The notes beneath the pieces are model-generated. The model searched no databases, was not told the origin of the DNA, and was given only the letters and a program-made list of their open reading frames with translations. 64,000 nucleotides of DNA from Octopus sinensis (lineage: Eukaryota). The stretch lies in assembly GCF_006345805.1 (NCBI RefSeq), contig NC_043007.1, positions 52,390,001-52,454,000 of the forward strand, written 5' to 3'. The first letter of the stretch is position 1. Every line of letters begins with the position of its first letter. The translations under genes were made by a program, and so were the position numbers. Positions 13,191 through 26,060 of the stretch are shown here, piece after piece.

Positions 13191-14051
13191 TTAGAGAAAA
13201 TATAACATACATACAGGTAATTTAATCCACAAACATGACTCTGATTTCAGAGTGGGTGTGGCAGCGGTGTCATCAAGAGATGTAGACACCTCAAAATGTG
13301 TTTTTTTTAGTCGGTCCACTGAAACGATCTCCGTATGACAATTCATTTCGATGGTGAAAACTTTGGGTGTGCGAGAAAGCACACAGAAAGGTCCTTTATA
13401 AGGAGAAACAAGAGGTCCCTTGACAGAGTCATCTCGAACAAAAACCTGTGTCCAAGTGTCTATATCCAGTGGGACATGAGAGGGTGGAGATTGTTACCTG
13501 GAAACCATGGGCGGAAGATTTTAAAAATAAGAACACAGTCTGACTCCAGATCAGAAGGCTGCGTGTTCGAATCACGACAGGGTCACCAATTGTAACAAGA
13601 TGAAGGTCTCAAGAACACTTGAGGGGTATCTGTCTTATCTTGTCACATACAATTGTCAAAGGGAGAACCAAAATCCGACTGTCTTCAATAGCAATAAATA
13701 ATACTTTATTTTCCGGGTTTCGCAAATAAAAATATATACACATATATTTTCCTTAAGGGTGAACCAGTAGCCAAGTCCACAAGACTCTTCACAAATGTTC
13801 ACTTATGTGAGCCAAAATTACCGTCTCCGTTCCTGCTTAGAAGAGAGCTTCTCTATATGTAGGGTTTTCCCTCTGAGAAGGTTGGTAACGTCCACTCGGT
13901 AGGGTTGCTGATTCAAAAAGACAGATTTAGCAGGAATGCTTTCAGTTTGCAGTTCTCTACGCATGCGCATGAGGGAACTTCCGGTGGCCTACCGGAAGTA
14001 ATCCAACTTTGCGCATGAGCGCTGAAAACTTCCAAAAATAGTGTCACTACA
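13190..14051 (-). mobile_element. Internally deleted Ty3/Gypsy element: 5' LTR, extended PBS, integrase C-terminal fragment
   Basis: LTR 14051-13591 (TGTAGTG...GTTACA), then AT and TGGTGACCC PBS. 13530-13240 encodes SPYKGPFCVLSRTPKVF...SVDRLKK, homologous to 20374-20640. Confidence 0.85.
13538..13588 (+). tRNA. Partial reverse-transcribed copy of tRNA-Trp(CCA), positions ~26-76 including 3' CCA; not a functional gene
   Basis: Anticodon arm TCTGA-CTCCAGA-TCAGA, variable loop AGGCT, T arm GCGTG-TTCGAAT-CACG, ends GGTCACCA; D arm and 5' acceptor strand absent. Confidence 0.9.
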
Positions 14052-14189
14052 AATTTAAAGAATAAGTATACATGATACATTAAAAATATATAAATACATA
14101 GACATTTAAAAAAAATCTCTAAGTAAATAAATATATTAAAAATATGTGTGTGACATAATAGATTTAAAAAAAAATCTCCAGTTCATATA

Positions 14190-14697
14190 CTGTAAATCCT
14201 CGAGTATAGTCAACCCTTGAGTATAAGAGGCAGGGAATTTTTAGGGGCTGTACCTCAGAAAAACTTAAACCTTGTGTATAACACCCCTTCTCTAACTTGA
14301 GTCAAGGAGGTCTATATAACATCCTTGGTTTGTAAAAATGTATATGGTAATGTCCTTTATTATTATTGTATATATATAACATAATGCAAATGTGTAGCTT
14401 TTTTGTGCATTCTGTTTGCAGAAAATAAAGAAATAACAGTAATAACAGTAATAACGTTTAATAAATATTGCTTATGGATGATTCTTTTATGACTTCATTG
14501 CTTTCAGGCTTAGCTTAATGTATTTTAGCGTCCGATATCACAAAATGTGCCTGAATAAACATTGCCGGACAGCAAATAGAGACTTGGACATTGCTTAGAA
14601 AATATTTTTCATTTTTAACCTCGTATATTGTACGCACTAGGGATTTTGACCTTTAAATTTTGGGGAAAAGATGCGGATTATACTCGAGGATGTACGG
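14190..14697. mobile_element. pogo/Tigger-like MITE
   Basis: TIRs CTGTAAATCCTCGAGTATA / TATACTCGAGGATGTACGG with TA on both sides. Confidence 0.8.
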
Positions 14698-15124
14698 TAT
14701 ATACGTATATATATTCACATACATATCTGTACACACTCACACATATATATCAAAATACACACATATAAGAAAATAATCAATGAATATGGTATGGAAACTC
14801 AAATGTTAGGGTAGAGATTATTCAATCACCTGGTCAACAGTATGAGATGCCAAGCCTTACAAAGATAATGATAAGATGTTTCCTTGAAATAGATGAATTT
14901 ATGAAATGTAAAGAAAATATTAATATAATTGATGAGATACTGATGAGGTGACCTCACAGCATGAGAATGACTTTCTTATATAATTACTTTTGGACAATAT
15001 AACTAAAAGATGAAATTAATTTCTTTATGATGTTCAGTAAACATACTCCACTATTATACCTTGATGTATTTGTCTTGGATATTTCTGGTTGATGTAAGAC
15101 TGATATGCAAGAGTATGTGCCTGT

Positions 15125-15345
15125 AAGTGATGGTGGTGTGGGTGGAAAACACAAAGACACACAAACATATACATTTATATACAGCAGGCTTCTTTCAGTT
15201 TTCACCAACCAAACTACTCATAAGGTTTTGGTTGGTTTGGGGTTATAGTAGAAGACACTTGCCCAAGGTGCCATACAGAGAGACTGAACCCAGAATCATA
15301 TGATTGGGAAGCAAACTTTTTATCACACAGCAATGCCTGTTCCTA
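15125..15345 (-). mobile_element. SINE copy
   Basis: Reverse complement matches the family at 7593-7920. Confidence 0.75.
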
Positions 15346-15582
15346 TTCATGTATTTTTTATATCTCTTATTTATCAATTGTAATTGATTATTCTATTATT
15401 TCATTTTTTTCCATTTTATCTTATTTTATCTTTTCTATTTTTCCTTCTTTTATTTCCCATTTTCATTTTTATTTATTTCTTGTCTATTTTCTTATAATAT
15501 GTGTATGTATAGGTGGTATTCATACTTGTACATTTTGCCATCTTTCATGTGTGTGATATATACGTATGTATGTGATTGATGA

Positions 15583-15670
15583 ACCCTTGATGAAATTGCA
15601 ATGACTAGAATGCATATTTGCATACAAAGTAATGTGCAGTCACTGCAGTTGAAACATGTAGGTCAGATGA
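15583..15670 (+). ncRNA. Degenerate hammerhead-like motif
   Basis: TTGATGA(15587)-AATTGCAATGACT...AGTCACTGCAGTT-GAAAC-ATGTAG-GTC(15664); stem II good, stem I poor. Confidence 0.5.
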
Positions 15671-15751
15671 ATATGCTGTAGAAAACTTTAATGAAATTTT
15701 TGGCTGTGAATAAAATCTCCACTCTCCTCTTCGTTATCAATGTTATATATA

Positions 15752-16090
15752 TCATCATCATCATCATCATCATCATCGTTTAACGTCCGCTTTCCATGCT
15801 AGCATGGGTTGGACGGTTCGACTGGGGTCTGGCAAGCCCGAAGGCTGCACCAGGCCAGTCAGATCTGGCAGTGTTTCTACAGCTGGATGCCCTTCCTAAC
15901 GCCAACCACTCCGAGAGTGTAGTGGGTGATTTTATGTGTCACCGACACAGGTGCCAGACGAGGCTGGCAGACGGCCACGCTCGGATGGTGTTTTTTATGT
16001 GCCACCGACACAGGTGCCAGACGAGGCTGGCTGACGGCCACGCTCGGATGGTGTTTTCTTATGTGTCACCGACACAGGTGCCAGACAGGG
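15752..16090 (-). mobile_element. 3' tail fragment of RTE-family LINE or SINE with (GAT)n end
   Basis: Matches 39850-40250 (AGGAAGGGCATCCAGCTGTAG, GGACGTTAAA(C/T)GATGATGAT); internal ~50-bp repeats. Confidence 0.75.
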
Positions 16091-17039
16091 CTGATATATA
16101 TATATAACACACACACACACACTAATTCTTTCTTGTTTGCTCTGCTCCCTAAAATGACCCTCTCTTGTCTGTGGTTGTATTTGTAAACGTTTATATTAAT
16201 TCATCAAATAACTTCCAAATTGTAATCTCTCCCTCTTCCCTTGTTTCTTGACAACATATATACGTATTTTGTACCATTCTCTAAAATAATTTCTTTCCTG
16301 TCCATATCTCTGTTGTTCCTGGCTGCAATGGTTACTTACTGCTGTTTCTCTTTCTCCCTTGGGTGAAATCTGCCATCTTTGTCCATTTCTGGCTGTCGCC
16401 TCCACACTTGTTCCCCACCCTCTCAGACTTTCATCAGTTTATTCCATGTGTTTGGCCATTTGATGATATGAACACCTAAGCTAAGAATTTTTCTTGTTTT
16501 TAATCTCCTCATTCATTCAAACCCATCTATTCTCTAAAATAATTACATTCTTGTTTGTTCTGCCCCTAAAATGACTAACCTTGTTTCTTGGCTTCATGTA
16601 TATATATATATATATTTCGTATTTTTCTCTAAAATAATTCTTTCTTGTTTGCTCTGCTCCCTAAAATGATCCTCTCTTGTCCATGTTTGTGCCTACCCTT
16701 TCCCGCCCCCACCACCAATACCAGAAATTTCCTTTCTCTAACTGGACATCCAGTTGCCCTTCCCCCTCTCTCCTCTTATATTGGTAATCTCACCGCCTTT
16801 TCCATTCTCTCCCCACCTCTCTGGATTTTTTTCTTGCACACACGCTACTATTTCCAACAACACTTTGTCAGATTTTTGGTCCATTTCTCTTCTCTGAAAG
16901 AAAAAAAAAACAAAAAAACTAGTTCACCTAATCTTCCTCATTTCACTGTGACGTCACGCTTTGGTTTGTTCAGTTGGAAGTGTATTTTGTGGCACATGCT
17001 GTATCTTCGCAGTAACAGTTAAATCTTCTCTTTTGTAGC

Positions 17040-20000
17040 ATTCCTGCACCACTTGCTACTTCAGTCAGGGGTCTCATCACTGATCCTCACCCAGATGCGA
17101 CCTACGAGGTAGTCAAATCCGAGGTGCTCCGATGGAACACTAAATCCGTGGAGTCTAAGCTTAAACAGCTAATGCAAGATGAGGAGTTAGAAGACATGAT
17201 GCCGTCTCAATTTTTATGGTGCCTCTGTGAATTCAGCAACATGACTGAGGACAACTCGCTTTTACGGAAGCTTTTCTTCTCCCGGCTACCTCCCAATGTG
17301 CAAACCATCTTAGCCATAGCAGTTGATACCAACACCATGGCTGATAGATTTTAGAGTTTGCTATCCAGCCAGCACCTTGCCATGTCTGCTCCTGCTCAGA
17401 GGTTTCCTCCGCTGCATCTTCCTCATCACAAGGATGATAATTTGGATAAACTTGCCTCCTTAACATGCTGAATGAATGTGCTTTGGGGAGGGCACTCCAA
17501 CTCTTTGCGCCATCTCAGTTGAAGCCAGTCCCATTCACGCTTGACTGATTCCTCTTCATCTAGTTCTGGTCTTTGTTGGTACCACACCAGGTTTCAGCAT
17601 AAAGCCTGCAAAGGCATTCAGCCTTGTTCTTTTCAGTTGGTGGGAAACGACCTATGGAGGGCTTGAGCATGTCCAGCACTTCCGGCCAATCAAACTCAAA
17701 TCGTGCATTTTTTGTGAAGGACCATATGTCCAATCAGGCGTTTATGGTTGACACAGGTTCTAGTTGTTCTATTTGGCCTTTGCGTCTCACTACAGACAAG
17801 CCAAAGTGCTCAGAGATCACCTTGCACACGGTCAATTGGTCTTCCATTGCGACTTATGGTCAAATTTCATTAAATATTGACATTAATCTTCGCCAGGATT
17901 TTGGGTGGATTTTTATCATAGCTGATCTTCTACATCCTATTCTGGGTGCAGACTTATTTTAACAATTTTAATCTATTGGTAGATGTCAGGTGACAGAGAC
18001 TTGTCGATGGTTCTATGTCTTTGTCTACACCTGCAAAGGCCACTACCAATGCTGTTCTCACTCCTTTTTTGTTTCCACTGCTGGTGATGCATTTCATTCA
18101 CTCTTAGCTTCTTTCCCAGAGCTGGTGGATCAGCTATTCCAAATGGCGAAACCTACTCACTTGACTCTCCACTATATTACCACCACTGGACCACCTGTCT
18201 TTTCATGCCTGCGGCGATGTGCTCCTGACTGTCTTAAGAAGGCTAGGTCCAAGTTTGAGCATATGCTCCAGCTTGGCCTTATTCGCCCCTCCACCAGCCC
18301 TTGGGCATCTCCCCTTCATTTGGCACGAAAAGGGGATTCTGATTTTCACCCAGTGGGGGATTACAGAGGTTTGAATGCGGTCACTGTTCCCGATCGCTAT
18401 CCCATAAGAATTCTCCAGGACTTCTCTAATTTACATGGTTGTTCTATTTTTTCTAAGGTCGACCTTGTTCGTGCCTATCATCAAATACCGGTCAATCCTG
18501 AGGATATACCAAAAACTGCCATCACTACTCCTTTTTATGAGCTTCGGTCTGCGGAACGCCACAATCACGTTCCAAAGATTTTTCGATGAACTTGTCCGTG
18601 GACTTGATTTTGTGTTCGCTTACGTTGATGACATACTCATTGCAAGCGACACACGTGAGAATCACCTCCAACACTTAAATCAACTCTTTCAGTGTCTTCG
18701 TGTCTACAATGTGAGAATCAACCCCGATAAGTGTGTTTTCGGGCAATCTTCTCTGGAATTTCTGGGGCATTATATCGACTCCAATGGGATCAGACCTCTC
18801 TCTTCCAAAGTCAATGCAATTCAGTGCATCACATCCCCCACTTCACTACGCCAACTCTGCCATTTTTTGGGAGTCGTCAACTTCTACAGACACTTCAATC
18901 ATGATTGTGCAGGCAAGTTACTTCCCTTGACTCCGCTATTGAAAGCAAATACAAAAAAGAATTCTCCTATTACTTTATATGCCGAGGCATTATCTGCTTT
19001 TGAGTCAATCAAGAAGGAAATAGCTTCTGTCCCTTTGCTTGCACATCTGGTTCCCAATGCTCCTCTCTCTTTAACCATTGATGCATCAGATTCTGTGGTT
19101 GGCGGTTTTGCAGCACACCGTAGACAATCAGACTAAACTTTTGGTGTTTTTTCATCAATTAAAGCCAGCTGAATGTCAGTACAGTACATTTGATTATGAG
19201 GTCTTGCCGATCTACCTGTCAGTTCGTCATTTTCAACATCAACTCAAGGGCTGAGATTTTGTGATTTATACTGATCACAAGCCTCTTACATTTGCTCTGT
19301 CATCTAAATCGGACAAACACTCGCCTCGTGCTTTTCATCACCTGGACTACATTTCCCAGTTCACGAGTGACATTCGGCACATACCTGGAACAGAGAACGT
19401 GCCTGCTGATGCACTCTCTCGTCTTCCTGTGTGCTCCCTTTCATCTCCTGCTGCAATCGATTTAACTGCCTTTGCGCAGGATCAGCCAGCTCTGGATACT
19501 TTGGATTTAGCTTCTACCAAGTTGTCCAGTTGCAAGTTTGCGTATCTCCCACTACCGACTGCTGAAGGCACCATTCTTTGTGACACAGCTACTGGTTCTC
19601 CCAGACCGTTTGTACCTGAGAACCACCAGCGCTGTGTGTTTGATGCCTTGCATTCACTGTCACATCTTGGCATCGCTGCCTTGGTGAAGCTTATTACAGC
19701 TCAGTTTTTCTGGCCTAATATGCGCCGGATGATCACCGATTGGGCACGCTCTTGTGTAAAGTGCCACCGTTCTAAAATCCACAGGCATATTCGCGCTCCT
19801 CTTGGATAGTTTTCTCCTCTGGAGACTCGCTTTCACCATGTCCACATCGATTTGGTTGGACCATGGCCTGTTAGTCACGGTTTCTCTTACATATTGAAAT
19901 ACGTCGATCATTTCTCTCGTTGACCAGAGGCCGTTCCAATAGAGGACATTTCCGCTGAATCAGTTGCTTGAGCTTTCGTTTCTAACTGGATTGCTTGTTT

Positions 20001-21347
20001 TGATGTCCCTGCTAAAATAACCACTGATTGTGGACGCCAGTTCAAGGCTTCCCTATTTCCTGAATTATCATGAGTCCTAGGAGTTCATCACATATGTACG
20101 ACCAGTTACCACACAGCCTTCAATGGGATGGTTGAACCTTTTCACAGGCAACTGAAGGCCACCCTACGTGCCACTTGGACAGAATTTCTGCCTATTGTTC
20201 TTCTTGGTTGTCCCACTGCTGTTAAAGCAGACTTAGGTTTCTCCTCTGCTGAACTCCTTTATCGTACCACCCTGGCACTCCCTGGCAAAATGTTAGTGCC
20301 AGACAACTCATCGCCTCCTGATCCAATGTCTTATGTCACCAGACATCGCTCGTATTTCTGAAGTCTTCCTCCCATGCATCTGCGTGACCAGTCTATTCCC
20401 TCTCACATCCCATCAGATATTGACAAATGGACTCATGCTTTTGTTCAGGATGATTCTGTCAGAGGACCTCTCCTTTCTCCTTATAAGGGACCATTTCATG
20501 TGCTATCGCACGCACCCAAAACTTTTAGTCTCGACATAGATGGTCAGGCAGAGACCGGTTCGGTCGATAGACTTAAAAGGGCACATTCTGAGGTGTCCAC
20601 ACCCTTCGATGACACCCCAAACACACCCAAATTTGATCCTTTACAACCACCTACACATCCACCTGCACATACACCTTTGACCACACCATCACCTACACCT
20701 CCACCTTCTTCACCACAACCTAACACGAACAAACCCTATGTCACCAGGACAGGCCGCACTGTGCATTGGCCTAAAAACCCCACTAAAACTATTTATATCT
20801 GACAATCTCTTTTGTGTTTCCTGTGACAGACAGTTGCTTTCTTGTGTTACTGGACAGTTCCAATACTCTGCCATTGAACATTTTGTCAAATTTTGTGCAT
20901 GCCAATTTATATTTCTTGCAATTATTTTTCTATTTGACTTGTCACAATTTTGTACAATATCTTGTTGGTTGCGATCAGTTTACCGTCTTTGCTCTTTCTT
21001 GTACTTGATCCAATTATTCTGTTTTCGCACTTCCGCACTCAGGGGAGAGCCCTTGTAGCGACACAAGCAGTCAGCACCATATTGGATGAGATCTCACAGC
21101 AGCCATTGCTATGTCCGAGACTGGAACGAGACCTCACCTACATCCATTTGCCATGCGCAAGATTACAATGAGGCTCGAGATGGCAAACTGTATATAAGGG
21201 CAAAACAGATTGAGATTCTTTCTCTCTTTTGCCACCTCTTCTTTACGCCTCTAAGCAGCAGCGCTTGCTGAGTGCACTCCATTAGCTTGACCTGTCTGTA
21301 TGTTGTACCTCCGGGGGCAATGTGCCCGCACTAATGGAGCTACTACA
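17040..21347 (+). mobile_element. Decayed Ty3/Gypsy LTR retrotransposon (gag fragment, protease, RT, RNase H, integrase, PPT, 3' LTR); 5' LTR missing
   Basis: Protease FMVDTGSS (~17745); [32 protein letters not shown]; RNase H TIDASD, YTDHKPL, NVPADALSR; integrase H...HLG...C..C; PPT AGGGGAGAG at 21041; many stops and frameshifts. Confidence 0.92.
21054..21347 (+). repeat. 3' LTR of the Gypsy element
   Basis: TGTAG...CTACA termini immediately after the polypurine tract. Confidence 0.75.
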
Positions 21348-21716
21348 CAATGCACACAGCAAAAGATGGCTGCTGAGAGCAGCACACTTCACCTATCCTG
21401 TGAAACTTGTAAATAAACCAGTTGTAGATTGCATTTGTACTTGAAGTCTTCTCTCTTCTCCAGCTGGAGCCTGAACTACATGAAGAACAAAAGGAGATAA
21501 TGGAAGAAAGCGATATTCTCCCAATATCATAAACATTGCCTTCCATTATAACCATCATCAGTACTGGATACTTGCCAGCTAGAGATGGCAACCAATTGTC
21601 CACACTCATAATGTATAAACAGAGAAGTGGCAAATAACAGCTGATCTCATAACAAGAAAAGTAGCTAGTTCTGAAATGTTTAAATGAGATATAAGTAGTA
21701 ACAATACTAGACAGTA

Positions 21717-22058
21717 ACATTTTTTTTACTACTATAACATAGCTGCTCCATACAGAGCTGTCTTACTACATTTTAACTCCAGGAAATCATCTTTTCCAGC
21801 TGGTTAATGACACACAACCTGTGTCTGATATATTATGAGTAAGGGAACAAATCACTCTCCTCCAGCTTGGCAAGGCCAGTAGACCATGGCTTCTGAGTCT
21901 TTAGTCATCATTGGTACTGGATACCTACTCGCTAGAGTGATTCATTCCCTTACTCATAATATATTGGACATAGGTTGTGTGTCATTAACCAGCTGGAAAA
22001 GACGTTTTCCTGGAGTTAAAATGTATAGAACACTCATGTTGTAGTGGAAAAAAAAATG

Positions 22059-22060
<2 letters not shown>
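21717..22060. mobile_element. Fold-back MITE-like element
   Basis: Inverted arms ~21767-21860 and ~21933-22025, plus outer inverted segments. Confidence 0.75.
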
Positions 22061-22095
<35 letters not shown>

Positions 22096-22098
<3 letters not shown>

Positions 22099-23020
22099 TA
22101 GCAGAGTTACCCGGCGTTGTCCGAGTTACATACAATTGAAGAGTTAGACTTTTCTGTTATATTTTCTGTAATGAACTGGCATACCTATGTTTCGAATTTC
22201 ATCAAAATTGCAGATAAGGGTTATTTCCCTCTTTACACACCCAAACAAAATTGTAATCATGCCACGTGTATCCCATACTACTGATTTTTATGTGCATATT
22301 CCAAAATTCCAGTCTTATAGAACCTGTTAAAAGGATTTTGCTCCTGAAAAATGAAGGTCATGGAGCTCTAAAATGTGAGAGTTAAGGCCCCTGTTTGGGG
22401 TGGGCATCTTAATGTCAACCAAAGAAGTTGAATTGTTGAGAATCTTTTTAACTTGGGTCTTATATCTATTGTTTGAATTTCTTTGAAATAGGAAATATAT
22501 GTTCACTGGGTTTGTAAAAGAGAGCAAAGCTACTGGAAACCAAAAGACAAATGATCACAATAAACAGTCAGCTATAGTACCCTAGTCTTTACCACTCCCA
22601 ATGTAGGATTCCTCACCATGCAGGTGACAGGCATAGCCGTAAGATGCATTATGAATCTATAGCAATTGGAAGGGCGTGACCCAACTGAAATAAATATTAA
22701 CAACTGTGTGACGTGAGGGCTAAGGAGAAATGAAAGTTGGAGTTTGCAAATGACCACTATACTGATACGTAACTGGACAGAATAAATATACATTCTACAA
22801 ATGTCTTTGAATAACCAGATACCGAGAACTCGCCCCAGAACTCGCCACTTCGTGCCTCGTCGATAACACACGGACACACACACTTGTGGTCTTCGTCGTA
22901 CTCAGACGTATACTACTCAGACTTACTCCCCGCCATAACACCGGGAAGGCCTTGAAATCAATGTTACCATGTGGGGATTATGTGTGACCCAGTGATAATA
23001 AAAAGACTGAAACGAGGTCT
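22096..23020 (-). mobile_element. Non-autonomous Helitron-like element
   Basis: Minus-strand 3' end CTCGGACAACGCCGGG hairpin, then CTAG followed by T in a (TA)n tract; inverted relative at 12250-13190. Confidence 0.65.
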
Positions 23021-23029
23021 GCAATCAAA

Positions 23030-23480
23030 TAACTAGTCCCCTCATCGTTTCGGGTGCCAATACCATGGCCACCTTCTTTGAGGTAGCCTGCAGAAGGGTA
23101 TCATAAAAGTGGTCATTCTGATCATTTGGTAGCCCTGCATGTGGAGCGTAGGCGGAGATAATTGTAGCTGTGCTGTTCTGTAGGACTAACCTGAGCTTAA
23201 GCACCCATATCACATACCCTGACAATTTCTATGACCTTATCCACCCATTTCTCCGCAAGGAGTATGCCAACACCCCCTACATCATCCATGTTACCTTGCC
23301 AGAAGACTTTATACCTATGTGCCTTGCCTGTGAGGACCCTAGCTGAAGTTCCTCTCCATCTGACCTCTTGTATGCAGCATACACCAACCCGTCTCCTTTC
23401 AAGCATCTCTACAATCTCACTAGACCTACCTTTCAGTGTGCCAACTCTGAAAACTGGGAAGGTAATGTGGGGTGAGGTTT
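23030..23480 (-). pseudogene. RTE-type APE endonuclease fragment
   Basis: VCCIQEVRWRG, GGVGILLAEKW, IISAYAPHAG. Confidence 0.85.
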
Positions 23481-23516
23481 GGGGAGGAGGGATGTTAATA
23501 TATATATATAAATATA

Positions 23517-24381
23517 TGAGGTCTGATCAATAAGTATCTGGGATGTTGCCATAGTAACGAAGCTAAAGCATGCAGAGTGAAGCTGCCTGCCAGAGATTGA
23601 CTTTGATCTCTGCTGTGCATGCACAATAAGTTTTAGCATTCTAGCTCACTTCCTCCGTTTATACCAGTGCTTGTAACGTGTCTAACGTTTGATTGACCAT
23701 GACAGAAAAAGTTGTCATTGCAATACCTGCTCAGAGGCCTACGCAAAGTTGCAGAAAGTGTATGGAGAGGAGTGTATGAGCCATACAGAAGTGTACGAGC
23801 GGTTCAGATATTTCCAACATGGCCAAAAAATGTCAATTGTATTGAACATTCTGGGAGACCCATAACTAGCAGAAATGAGAAAGCCATTGCAGATGGGTGT
23901 GCAACTGTCAGGGGAAATCATCGAATCACCATCTGTGAGCTATCAGAGAATGTGCAGATTAGTTATGGTTCAGTTCAGTCCATTATCATTGAAGATTTGG
24001 GTATATGATGCATGTCTGCCAAGTTTGTGCCAAAACCACTTTCAGCTGACCAAAAAGACACTCGGGTTTCAGTTGCACAAGATCTCCTTGATTGTGTTGA
24101 GAACGATGAAAACTTTGTGTGGGCCTATGAAGCAGGTATCACCAAGCTTTTAGCAAAATTTGATGCACATTCTCTGCTCAACTTTCTCTGTCATGGTCAA
24201 TGTGACAATCACACGTTACGCACATTACTTCCAAGCACTGCTGTAAACAGTGGAAGTGAGCTAGAATGTTAAAACTTAGTGCATGTGCACAGCAGAGTTC
24301 AAGGTCAATCTTTTGCCAAGCAGCTTCACTCTTTAGTTTCATTACTATGGCAACAGTCTGGATACTTTTGATCAGACCACG
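23517..24381 (+). mobile_element. Non-autonomous mariner derivative with ~160-bp inverted termini and transposase N-terminal (HTH) fragment
   Basis: TA-flanked (T/C)GAGGTCTGATCAA termini; internal YAKLQKVYGEECMS...SGRP...SAKFVPKPL. Confidence 0.85.
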
Positions 24382-25464
24382 TACTTGTGTGTGTGTGTGT
24401 GTGTGTTTGTGTGTGTGTATTACCACCACTTGAGAATTAGTGTTTGTTTGTTTACATCCTCTGGGAGGGGGTATAAATAGTGCGTGAGGTGTGTGTGCGC
24501 ACGCGCGTGTATGTGTGTGTGATCCTATAGTGTGCATGTATACTGTGTATGTTTATGTGTGCTGTGTACATGTGTATATTGTCTGTGTTCAGATGTGTTG
24601 TGTGCATGTGCATTGTATGTGTTTTTAGGAGTGAATACTGTGTAGGAGAATGCATGGAGGTGTGAGGTGGGATATACAAACAAGGAATAGTACTAGCTGT
24701 AATATTATTTTGTTTCAGAGAAACTCCACAAAGAGATTTGTGAGTTTAAAATACACAGAATGCTGTTAGTGGATCATAAGACACCAATGTTTTGATCAGA
24801 TTTGGTCTTCTCAGTGAGAAACATCCTTGTCAAAAAATGTGTTTCAGTATAAAAATTGGTAAATAAATCATTCCCCATTGCCATTAAATGTGTTTACTCC
24901 TAAAGTTCTCTGCCATTGACACTGGCTAGAGAGGATTGATCAGTATTTCTTCCAACAACACACAATTCCTTCCTTCCTTCCTTCTTTCCTTCTGTCCTTC
25001 CTTCCTTCCTTCCTTCCTCCCTTCCTTCATTCGTCCATTCATTCCCACCTGCCATTCTTTTTTTCTTTCTATTTTTCTTCCTTTCTTCCTTTGTCTCCTT
25101 GCTTCTTTCTTCATTTCTTTTTAATTTTTCCTTCCTTCCTTCCTTTCTCTCAAATTCATTTTAAGCATAGTTATATTTATGTAGTTATTGTTATTCTTCT
25201 TTATTTACTATTCTGTTCGGTCTGTTTGCTTAATTGCCATAGAAACTGTAACTAAAGCATCACTGATTCAGTAATATCATGATCTTAGTGCTTCTGCTGC
25301 TGTGCTTGTTGCTGATGTTGCTGCTGCTGTTGTTGCCACTGTTGCTGCTGCGGTTGATCTGGTTGTTGTCATTATTAATGCTGTTGTTGTTGTTCCTCTT
25401 CTTTATTGTCTTCTTTTTTTCATTGACATTTTGTTAAATAGAAAAAAGACAACTGTGACTTTAA

Positions 25465-25514
<50 letters not shown>

Positions 25515-25714
25515 ACACACACAGACACAGACACACACACAGACACACACACACACACACACACAAACTTTTACATGTGTTCAGTGATACAAACCTATGC
25601 AACACAAAGAAAGGAGATATGAAGGACAAATTTGGTAAATCCTTTCTTGGAATATTGAAGGTTGAATCAACATGATAACATAGATGTTACAATTGGAATT
25701 TTAGATAGGTGTGG

Positions 25715-26060
25715 CAATAGGCACATGCATGGCTGTGCAAGAAGAAGCCTGCTTCCCAACCACATGGTTCCAGATTCAGTCCCATTGTGTGGCATCTTGG
25801 GCAAGTATCCTCTACTATAACCTTGGGCCAACCTTGTGAGTAGATAGGGTAGACAGAAACTGAAAGAAGCCAGTCATATATGTATATTTACATATATCTA
25901 TGTGTGTGTCTTTGTGTAAGTGGTTGTCACCCACAAATGCTTGACAACTGGTGTTTACGTGTTTACATCTCGGTAACTTAGCAGTTCAGCAAAAAGTGAC
26001 CAAAAGAATCAGCACCAGGCTTAACAAAAATAAGGCCTGGGGTAGATTCATTCAGCTAGA
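25715..26060 (+). mobile_element. SINE copy
   Basis: Same family as 7593-7920. Confidence 0.75.

Noticed and set aside
13538-13588. Functional tRNA-Trp gene
   Set aside because: 5' third including the A box is missing, CCA is encoded, and it sits at the PBS position
15060-15120. Possible minus-strand exon AHTLAYQSYINQKYPRQIHQ
   Set aside because: Acceptor lies in SINE-derived sequence and the donor is weak; cannot be supported without RNA data
21350-21715. Possible exon after a CTTCTCTCTTCTCCAG acceptor-like tract
   Set aside because: All frames hit stops quickly and no donor was found
25302-25400. Ala/Val-rich hydrophobic ORF start
   Set aside because: Product of (GCT)n/(GTT)n trinucleotide repeats
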